IMG/VR virus record: IMGVR_UViG_3300022218_000008 | Span: 1-35,801 of that record | Strand: one strand, 5' to 3' | DNA from: a virus | Lineage: Duplodnaviria; Caudoviricetes | DNA length: 35,801 bases | Shown here: positions 7,513 to 14,343 of the stretch, piece by piece | Layout of the letters: every line of letters begins with the position of its first letter | How positions within the stretch are numbered: position 1 is the stretch's first letter | Translations under genes and position numbers: made by a program | Notes under the pieces: generated by a model | The model's database searches: none | What the model saw: only the letters and a program-made list of their open reading frames with translations | What the model was told of the DNA's origin: nothing

Positions 7513-7668
7513 CTATTTGAATGCAACCTCGTGAACCCCTGTCGATTTTAATGTCGGATAAATCCAGTTTTCTCGATGCCCTTGTGATTTCAGGCTTTCA
7601 ATCATTTTAAATTTAAGATTCAAAAATTGATTAATGTTTCCTTTTGTGATCGTTTTTCTCGTTTTCAT
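7513..7668 (-). CDS. Hypothetical early protein (51 aa, MKTRKTIT...)
   Basis: Start moved from 7704 to 7668; lies after promoter copy E. Confidence 0.68.
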   Translation of the reverse strand: MKTRKTITKGNINQFLNLKFKMIESLKSQGHRENWIYPTLKSTGVHEVAFK

Positions 7669-7705
7669 AATATTAAGTTTTTGTTCGTTTGTCAATAGCG
7701 ACATA

Positions 7706-7735
7706 CAAATATAACTATTTATATTACGTTGTCAA
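7706..7735 (-). promoter_or_regulatory. Early promoter copy E (TTG-N19-TATATTTG) with operator 7708-7725, upstream of the replication operon
   Basis: Exact consensus match and spacing. Confidence 0.85.
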
Positions 7736-7966
7736 GCGTTCAATCGAAATCTTTTGCGCTCCAGATGCGAAAAGTCTATCGAGTATCGCCAGTTTCCAAG
7801 CGTACAAAGCGATTACCTCAGCGATAAAAAATTCGTCGTCCTGTTCGATTTCGTGAGATCTAATCGAAACACCCATCGTTAAAAGTATTGCTTCTACGTC
7901 TGCCGTTTCTTTGTCCTCTGGTGTAAAGTGTGCAACGTACTTTACGTTTTCTGCATTTTGAATCAT
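7724..7966 (-). CDS. Hypothetical protein
   Basis: 80-aa ORF with an A-rich leader. Confidence 0.72.
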   Translation of the reverse strand: MIQNAENVKYVAHFTPEDKETADVEAILLTMGVSIRSHEIEQDDEFFIAEVIALYAWKLAILDRLFASGAQKISIERLTT

Positions 7967-7988
7967 CGTTACTTGTTTTTACTTGTTT

Positions 7989-8177
7989 TTACCTTACTTC
8001 GTCGTATGCTTTTTGTATCTCAGGGCTGTCGCTCATAGGAGAATAAACCTCACGCAAACGCTCGTTTTCTTTTTTTTCCTTCTCTTCCATGCCTTTTTGC
8101 ATAAACCATATTAAGACAAACAGCCATGCGCCAATTAAAAGCACGAAGAAGATCAATTTCGGCCATTCGATTTTCAT
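7989..8177 (-). CDS. Small single-pass membrane protein
   Basis: Hydrophobic LIFFVLLIGAWLFVLIWFM segment; ATGA-coupled. Confidence 0.75.
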   Translation of the reverse strand: MKIEWPKLIFFVLLIGAWLFVLIWFMQKGMEEKEKKENERLREVYSPMSDSPEIQKAYDEVR

Positions 8178-8620
8178 AGTCCGTTATTTTGCTGTTCGTA
8201 TGCGATCATTTGTGCCGTTTGTGGGTGCATAAACTCGAGAAAATCTTCCGATTTTTTAAGCCATTGAACGTACTTCTCCTGTTTTCTTTGGTCGATCAAT
8301 CTATCTCGATACTCCAGATCGTGAATAAACATGTAAATAGAGTACGTAGAATCGTTTATCGATGCCTCGCCTACGGCTTTTATTAGACCTTCATCGGTAA
8401 GCGCTGAAAGTATCGCTGTTAAACTCTGGTGCGATATTCCTGTTCGTTCTCTAAGTTCGTATGTCGAAATTCCTTTTGCATGAAGTCCGCTATATTGACC
8501 GAGATACATTCCGTTTCGATCTGGGCTTTCTTCTTTGATCTTTGCGAGAACCTTTTCCGTGAATGTCTTAATACGCCCGTTCTCAATATTGCGTAACCAC
8601 GTTTTAACTTTTGGTTTCAT
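8174..8620 (-). CDS. Winged-helix DNA-binding protein
   Basis: GISTYELRERTGISHQSLTAILSALTDEGLIKAVG wHTH pattern. Confidence 0.72.
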   Translation of the reverse strand: MKPKVKTWLRNIENGRIKTFTEKVLAKIKEESPDRNGMYLGQYSGLHAKGISTYELRERTGISHQSLTAILSALTDEGLIKAVGEASINDSTYSIYMFIHDLEYRDRLIDQRKQEKYVQWLKKSEDFLEFMHPQTAQMIAYEQQNNGL

Positions 8621-8622
8621 AA

Positions 8623-8820
8623 CTATTTGTTTTTGTTGTTTAATAATGATAGAGCCTCGATATTAATTTGCTCTTTCGCTAGTTCTATTTTGTGGTGTTT
8701 CAACTCGAACGAAAAATCTTTGTCCGTTTCCTTTGCTAGTTTGTTGATCTTTTGTGCGTGGTAATTTGCACCCCACTCCGCTTTCGAAATCATTTCTTCG
8801 ATTAGTTCTTTTGTTTTCAT
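8623..8820 (-). CDS. Hypothetical early protein
   Basis: 65-aa ORF directly after promoter copy F. Confidence 0.75.
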   Translation of the reverse strand: MKTKELIEEMISKAEWGANYHAQKINKLAKETDKDFSFELKHHKIELAKEQINIEALSLLNNKNK

Positions 8821-8849
8821 GTCGATTCGTTTTTGTTTGTTTCGTTAGA

Positions 8850-8880
8850 CAAATATAACTACTTATATCTTACCAAACAC
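8850..8880 (-). promoter_or_regulatory. Early promoter copy F (TATATTTG, degenerate -33) with operator 8852-8869
   Basis: Same TATAAGTAGTTATATTTG core and AACGAAACAAACAAAAAC leader as copies B and C. Confidence 0.78.
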
Positions 8881-8944
8881 GAAAAAAATCGATTAATATC
8901 GAATAAAAATCGTCAAAAACCGCTTATCGCTTTGTTTATGGTCG

Positions 8945-9310
8945 TTAAGGTTTTACGAAAAATCCTACGAAAAATCCGATTACTGTCGTAGATCCTCCAA
9001 AAATGAGGGCGTTGCGTCGCTTTTTACGCATTTTTTCGTACTTCTTTGTGCTTTCCTTCAATCTGAGGTCGTATTCCGCTATAACGCCCTCGCTGTGTTC
9101 GATATACCCTCTTTGAATAGATACGATTGAATCCTTTGCGACGATAATAGAATCTTTTACGACATTCTCTTTCGCCCAAATTATGCATTGACGTTGTTGA
9201 TCTCTGGAGATCGTTACCGAATCACTCGAAGAGGGTTGCCCAAGTGCTATCGAGTTGATCGTTAGTAAGATTATTAACGTCGCTATTGATTTTAAGGAGT
9301 TGCAATTCAT
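8945..9310 (-). CDS. Spanin-like lysis accessory protein (signal peptide, coiled coil, C-terminal TM)
   Basis: Last gene of the lysis cassette; overlaps the upstream gene by 89 bp. Confidence 0.55.
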   Translation of the reverse strand: MNCNSLKSIATLIILLTINSIALGQPSSSDSVTISRDQQRQCIIWAKENVVKDSIIVAKDSIVSIQRGYIEHSEGVIAEYDLRLKESTKKYEKMRKKRRNALIFGGSTTVIGFFVGFFVKP

Positions 9311-9518
9311 ATCCGTGAACTTTAGTTTCGAGCAAATCTATTTTCGTTTGCATCCTTGCCCGTTCGGTTACATGTTCGATTAACATTTCAGTCGGTGCGG
9401 TGTCTTTGCTCAGGTTATTAACAACCCTTTCGACTACCGACACCAAATAAACAGCGCACAAAGCGAATATAATCGCTCTGGTGCGTCTTTGTCTTATCGT
9501 TAATGGTGTTTTATTCAT
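9222..9518 (-). CDS. i-spanin (Rz)-like membrane protein
   Basis: Basic N-terminus, one TM (AIIFALCAVYLVSVV), coiled coil; follows the endolysin candidate. Confidence 0.55.
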   Translation of the reverse strand: MNKTPLTIRQRRTRAIIFALCAVYLVSVVERVVNNLSKDTAPTEMLIEHVTERARMQTKIDLLETKVHGYELQLLKINSDVNNLTNDQLDSTWATLFE

Positions 9519-10176
9519 TTGGATCAAATTCGTTAATTAAACAATACGAAACGAATCTTTGCCATCCTTCGTTTTTCGCAAGGCGATAATAGTCCATTTG
9601 TCGCATGTATTCATCACGATCGTTTATCACTTGGCAACCTGCCGACCAATTACCGATAAACCATCTAACGATCGATAGGCTCTTTTTACTGAAATCATAT
9701 GTATTCGTATGGTAGTTTATTCCGTACCATCCTGAGATCGGAGTTCCGATTTCTTCCGCTTTGTTGTCGAGATCTCCATCACGATAAACAGTAACTTTCG
9801 AACCGACCTGTTTTAACGCAGGCATTTTGCCTCGATGCAATCCATACGACCAAACGTTGTAATACCATTTGTCCGCCTTCAAAATTGCCGAACCATATTT
9901 GTTAAAAGACTTGAATCCGCCTTTTAATTGCTTTCCGCCTGAGTTCGTCGTTCCAGTCAAAACACGAATAAATTTTATTTTCATGTTCTCGCTGTGAAGA
10001 TCTCCCGCCATGTTTTCGAACTCATAAAATTTATCGTCGTAAGTGTCGAAAGTATCTTCATTCGATCGAACTCCAATTATAAAACGCCCCAACGGAAAAC
10101 TCTTAAAACCTTCTATCGTTTTGATCCTGTTTAATAACTGATCGTCGGTGTACGATCTTACGGCTGTTTTACTCAT
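9511..10176 (-). CDS. Putative endolysin with an L,D-transpeptidase-like His...SAGCQ motif
   Basis: GINYH...NWSAGCQV; located between holin-like and spanin-like genes. Confidence 0.68.
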   Translation of the reverse strand: MSKTAVRSYTDDQLLNRIKTIEGFKSFPLGRFIIGVRSNEDTFDTYDDKFYEFENMAGDLHSENMKIKFIRVLTGTTNSGGKQLKGGFKSFNKYGSAILKADKWYYNVWSYGLHRGKMPALKQVGSKVTVYRDGDLDNKAEEIGTPISGWYGINYHTNTYDFSKKSLSIVRWFIGNWSAGCQVINDRDEYMRQMDYYRLAKNEGWQRFVSYCLINEFDPNE

Positions 10177-10451
10177 ACGATTGATTTATATTTTTTTTCG
10201 AAATAATGTAGATCGATAAAGCAATATTTCAACTTATAAACATCGATAATTTTCTTGACTAATTGTTTCCACTCACTTAAAAAGTAATAGTAAATATCTT
10301 GATACGTAACACTCTTTGGCGCATGGAAAACTGCGTATTCGAATTTCAATTGAATATCGTCGATCTGGTTTGCAATCTTATCGACTTCGTGCAAATATGC
10401 CCGCTTTATTTTTCTGTTCGTCAGGGGCTTTAAAGGGTGAATCGCTTTCAT
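10173..10451 (-). CDS. Hypothetical protein in the lysis cassette
   Basis: 92 aa, ATGA-coupled to the endolysin candidate. Confidence 0.7.
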   Translation of the reverse strand: MKAIHPLKPLTNRKIKRAYLHEVDKIANQIDDIQLKFEYAVFHAPKSVTYQDIYYYFLSEWKQLVKKIIDVYKLKYCFIDLHYFEKKYKSIV

Positions 10452-10508
10452 GTTTTTGTCGTTTGTTTTTAGTCTATTTTGCCGAGGGCTTCTAATTTCG
10501 TGAAGAGT

Positions 10509-10757
10509 TTAACGCCCTTCACCGCCCCCGTTTTTCTTTAGAACCTCTATCGCTTTTTGTGTTCCTTTTCCAGTAACACCGATCGAAATAGTTGTAAGGA
10601 TCAAAGTCTCGTGAATATCGTATTCGATTCCGTACTTGCTAAGGATCAAATAAGCGACAACCTCAATTAAGCCCCATAAAAGCCCCGTACAGACGATTAA
10701 AAGCGTTATTAACCGCATTAGTGATCTTTGCCCCTTATCATCGTGTAAAAAGCCCAT
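10509..10757 (-). CDS. Putative holin (two hydrophobic segments)
   Basis: 82 aa; DDKGQRSLMRL then TM helices and a charged C-terminus. Confidence 0.68.
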   Translation of the reverse strand: MGFLHDDKGQRSLMRLITLLIVCTGLLWGLIEVVAYLILSKYGIEYDIHETLILTTISIGVTGKGTQKAIEVLKKNGGGEGR

Positions 10758-11107
10758 TATTCGCTCTTTTTAAATTCCGTTATTAATTCTTTTACGGAGT
10801 TCTGGAACTCTCGAACGATCCTTAATTCCATTTGCGCCATACCTGTTTCGAGTTTCGAATGACCCGTACTCATTTCTTTTTGAATATCCTGAATCGTGTT
10901 ATTTTGGTCGTCGATCCTTTTATGTAAAGCGATATTCATTTCTTTTTTCCGATCTTTTATGTCCGATAGTTCTCTTTCCTGTTCATCGTTTTTTGCATCT
11001 GCTAAATCTAGGCGGGTTTTCAATTTGATATAAACCCCGACCGCCCCTCCGATTCCTGACATTAAAGAAATCACGACATCCAGTGAAATTTGAGTTCCTA
11101 AATCCAT
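10757..11107 (-). CDS. Membrane-anchored coiled-coil protein (holin/antiholin-like)
   Basis: N-terminal TM (VVISLMSGIGGAVGVYI) followed by a coiled coil; first gene of the lysis cassette. Confidence 0.6.
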   Translation of the reverse strand: MDLGTQISLDVVISLMSGIGGAVGVYIKLKTRLDLADAKNDEQERELSDIKDRKKEMNIALHKRIDDQNNTIQDIQKEMSTGHSKLETGMAQMELRIVREFQNSVKELITEFKKSE

Positions 11108-11349
11108 TATGGCACAATAAAATCGTTCAATCTTTCCAAAACTCTTTGCTCTAATTGTTCTGCATTATAGTTCAAGTCAATCACCGCAATATCATTTAAA
11201 TTTAGACCAAATTTTGCGCTCGCTGTTTGCAAAATTATGTTTGCGGTTATTGTCATTTTTATTGGATCAACTTGATTAACAATTGGATCAATTGAAATTA
11301 TCGGATCTACTATTTCAATATTAAACTCTTCAAATTTATACGTTGCCAT
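11107..11349 (-). CDS. Small protein after the receptor-binding gene (possible fibre chaperone)
   Basis: 80 aa; position, and shares the TCGA-free composition of the upstream gene. Confidence 0.6.
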   Translation of the reverse strand: MATYKFEEFNIEIVDPIISIDPIVNQVDPIKMTITANIILQTASAKFGLNLNDIAVIDLNYNAEQLEQRVLERLNDFIVP

Positions 11350-11362
11350 TTTTTATATTTTT

Positions 11363-12220
11363 TTAAGATAGTGTTGTTCCTGTTACTGTGAATGTTCTAC
11401 AAGGAAAGTATCTTCCGTTTCCTGTTTTTATACCTCCAGATAATGTCGCACTTGCATTATTCGTCAAAGTAAATGCTTGAGAAGAATTTGAAGCGTAAGT
11501 AGTTCCTGACCAAAAAATAGTTGCTAATGAAATATTGAAAGGAGGGTAATTAAGCGGATAATTAAAAGTACCCCCTTCGTGAACCACTATATTAAATATC
11601 TCTGCTCTATTTGGCAACCTCCACCCACTTGTAAATTTACCAATACTAACAAGCAAACATTGGTCTATTGCTGTTTCCCAATTCACATTGCTTGAATTAG
11701 ATGTCCTTCTATAACCTAAAACAGTTCCTTCTATGTTGTCATAAGTAGACCAATCAATTACTATATCATTAGCGTAAGTTGAGCCACCGAGTTCGTCTGT
11801 AAAACGGTTGGTATTCCCAAACGGATTGTTACTTGAAAGCGTGTAAAAATCAACTTCTCTGCCTTTTTGCAAATCTCCATCATCGCCCGTTCTATACGAT
11901 ATAGTTTGATTCGTTTTTAAAACTTTTGCACCTATCGCTCCGCTACCGCCCGGAGCCGTCTTAAAACCCGTATTCTTCCGTAAAAAATCACGAAGATCCG
12001 AAACATTGAACGGTGTATCTCCGTCAGACTTGAACCAAACAGTTCCAAGATCAACGTCTGACTTTCTGATCACAAGTTCGCCATTGTCGATCGTTTCTTT
12101 GATTAAGAACGTCTCCGCTTCTTCTCTATAAACTGATTTGTTTATAGCATACTCGCCCGTAGGCGTACCGTCTTGTTCAAATATCACGTAATTATCAACT
12201 AATTTTAAAATTTTCGCCAT
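11363..12220 (-). CDS. Putative receptor-binding protein with a DUF1566 (C-type-lectin-like) C-terminal domain
   Basis: NWETAIDQC...GWRLPNRAEI...FWSGTT...RYFPCR motifs after a PGGSGA linker. Confidence 0.75.
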   Translation of the reverse strand: MAKILKLVDNYVIFEQDGTPTGEYAINKSVYREEAETFLIKETIDNGELVIRKSDVDLGTVWFKSDGDTPFNVSDLRDFLRKNTGFKTAPGGSGAIGAKVLKTNQTISYRTGDDGDLQKGREVDFYTLSSNNPFGNTNRFTDELGGSTYANDIVIDWSTYDNIEGTVLGYRRTSNSSNVNWETAIDQCLLVSIGKFTSGWRLPNRAEIFNIVVHEGGTFNYPLNYPPFNISLATIFWSGTTYASNSSQAFTLTNNASATLSGGIKTGNGRYFPCRTFTVTGTTLS

Positions 12221-12272
12221 GATTTTTCTTTTTTGCTAATTTAATATCTTTAGTAATTACTTACAATATTAT

Positions 12273-13217
12273 TTAATAGACTTTGTATAGTACAAAGTTA
12301 GACGAATAAATCTGATCAGCCGTTTTCGCTTGATTCCATTCGACGGTAACATCTAAATTATTCGCTATTGTCGTATCAATGTTTTGAACATCTTGAAAAA
12401 CGAAACCTTCAAGTGATCCAGTATTTCTATTGTATGCGAAATTTCCGTTCGTGCTTATTTCTCCGATTGCACCAATTTTAGTAATCGTAAAATCGAGTTC
12501 TATCTCCCAACCTAAATTTGTAACGGCTTCTAAAGAGATCAATCCCGTACTAGCAAGAACGATCGATCCTGTTTTTATTCTAATAGTAATTTCGTCACCA
12601 TTTTGTGCGCTAATAATTCCTCCGATTTTTGCATGGAAGGAATCTCCAACGATAAAAGTATCAGCAGGAACGGACAAGGTACCCACTCCAGAACCAACGA
12701 TCGACGATTCTGTTGTCGTGTTTGTTATCGTTGTACTAGCAACGGTTTGTGCATAAAACCCTATCGAGGGCGCAGGAATGGGAACAACGCTCAACGGATC
12801 ATCCACAGTTCCGTCGCCTGTTAAAGTTGCATCCGTCGATACACTTGTTAGAAAACCTGTAATAACGACGTTTACCTCTCCTGCGCCTAGATTTTGAGAT
12901 AACCAATCGTCCATCGCATCAGCCGAAGCAAATGGAACTCCGTTAGAATCTAAACTATCCGCAAAATCAAACGACGTTCTTTGTTCTGGAATGTCCGAAA
13001 CGTCAGGCTGAAAATCTATTATGCCGAGCCGATTATATTTCTGGTCATCATAAGCATTTCTCGTTGTATCGTTATTATTGAAAAATACAAATTTATCATC
13101 GGGCGTTCTGGTAAATTTCGCACCACTTAACGGAGTTCTGAAATACTCATAATTCGTCGTTATGTTCTTCGCAATGAAGAAGTTACCATTTATTTTAAAT
13201 TGTGTTTCGTCAGCCAT
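12273..13217 (-). CDS. Putative tail fibre/receptor-binding protein
   Basis: VSTDATLTGDGTVDDPLSV fibre motif, beta-rich C-domain, tail-end position. Confidence 0.65.
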   Translation of the reverse strand: MADETQFKINGNFFIAKNITTNYEYFRTPLSGAKFTRTPDDKFVFFNNNDTTRNAYDDQKYNRLGIIDFQPDVSDIPEQRTSFDFADSLDSNGVPFASADAMDDWLSQNLGAGEVNVVITGFLTSVSTDATLTGDGTVDDPLSVVPIPAPSIGFYAQTVASTTITNTTTESSIVGSGVGTLSVPADTFIVGDSFHAKIGGIISAQNGDEITIRIKTGSIVLASTGLISLEAVTNLGWEIELDFTITKIGAIGEISTNGNFAYNRNTGSLEGFVFQDVQNIDTTIANNLDVTVEWNQAKTADQIYSSNFVLYKVY

Positions 13218-14086
13218 TATTGTACGTTATAAAATGATTTGTCGAGTTTCTTGCGATCTCCAAATAATGCCGTAACCTTTGCCCATCTTGAACGGTCGAT
13301 GTATTCAATTTCCGAACTTTCATTAAGCACGACAGGAACATCGAAAAGCCTGTAATCATGGTTCGATGTATTGTGATCCGTTATTAATAATTTATCCTCG
13401 TTTAAGAAGTGGAAATCGATCAACCTTCTCGTTACTTTGATCTCGACAGGATCTGTTCGTAATTCGTATTCGTTCAGGTTTTCTCGAGTTACCTTTTCAA
13501 CTTTTTTACCTTTTGTAATCAAATTATTTATTTGTGTTTTTGGCTTTCTATTACCGAAGAAACCATTAAAACGAATACTGTCTTTGTGGTTCGAATTAGT
13601 ATAGTCGATCAACTCTTTTTGTGAATACGTTGAAGGCTCAGACCAAACACGAACCGTATTCTTTGCATTGTAAATCGAATATTCTTTTAATTGATATTGA
13701 CCGTACTCGAAGCCTCCAGTAACACCCGAAATCGTGAAGTTTATCGAGATCGTATAAGTTCCAACCCCATACGTTAAAAGATATTGTTTCCAATCGAAAA
13801 TAAATCCGAACGCATTAATGTCCTGCGGGTATATTCCAACCTCGCCCAGATTCGGCAAAGGCAAAGCCGATCCGCATTTAGTAACAACAAACTCGACCAG
13901 ATCTGACGGATCGCTCTTTTTGATTGCTATTCCCGTAACGTCATTTTTGTAATTATCGTTATCAATAGAACTCGCTAATTTTAGCAAAGGTTCGCAACAT
14001 AACTCTTTACAACCGAGGCGATTCTCTTCTTCGAAACCATTTGGGAAAGTGATTATGTCGAAACAAATTTTATTCCTGTAATTCAT
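13217..14086 (-). CDS. Minor tail/structural protein
   Basis: 289-aa ORF in the tail operon, coupled to the next gene. Confidence 0.6.
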   Translation of the reverse strand: MNYRNKICFDIITFPNGFEEENRLGCKELCCEPLLKLASSIDNDNYKNDVTGIAIKKSDPSDLVEFVVTKCGSALPLPNLGEVGIYPQDINAFGFIFDWKQYLLTYGVGTYTISINFTISGVTGGFEYGQYQLKEYSIYNAKNTVRVWSEPSTYSQKELIDYTNSNHKDSIRFNGFFGNRKPKTQINNLITKGKKVEKVTRENLNEYELRTDPVEIKVTRRLIDFHFLNEDKLLITDHNTSNHDYRLFDVPVVLNESSEIEYIDRSRWAKVTALFGDRKKLDKSFYNVQ

Positions 14087-14088
14087 CG

Positions 14089-14340
14089 TTAATCGGGTGT
14101 TTCAATGTTAATGTCAAAAGTCGTTGGATCTGGTAAAAACTCTCGCAACTGTATATTATCGCCAACATAGTAAAACAGTATTCGGCCTTGCGAATCTCTG
14201 TTCTCTTTTGGGTTCATGCAACTAGTCGTAACACAGCCGTCTTTCGGAAACATAAAATGTAGATCGCCAATAGCGCGTGAATCATTAAACGCCTCTAGCG
14301 TTTCCCATTTCCAGCCCGTTATATTTTTACTAACTATCAT
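14089..14340 (-). CDS. Small hypothetical protein (possible chaperone of the upstream tail protein)
   Basis: 83-aa ORF tightly packed in the operon. Confidence 0.6.
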   Translation of the reverse strand: MIVSKNITGWKWETLEAFNDSRAIGDLHFMFPKDGCVTTSCMNPKENRDSQGRILFYYVGDNIQLREFLPDPTTFDINIETPD

Positions 14341-14343
14341 TTT

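Noticed and set aside
7513-7515. Stop-codon reassignment (TAG/TGA recoding as in some Bacteroidota phages)
   Set aside because: Genes are full length and densely packed under code 11; TGA is used in ATGA overlaps and TAG ends the ORF at 7513.
231-8880. CRISPR array or ncRNA family explaining the dispersed repeats
   Set aside because: Copies are separated by whole genes at irregular distances and match the Bacteroidota promoter consensus in fixed position before start codons.
10427-10440. Third iteron site (GCTTTAAAGGGTGA; also TAAAAGGGTGG at 881-891)
   Set aside because: Single degenerate matches inside coding sequence, without tandem period or pyrimidine tract; could be chance.
11363-11560. 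Diversity-generating retroelement targeting the DUF1566 C-terminus
   Set aside because: No reverse transcriptase ORF, and I found no second (template) copy of this 3' region; nearby intergenic gaps are too short to hold one.
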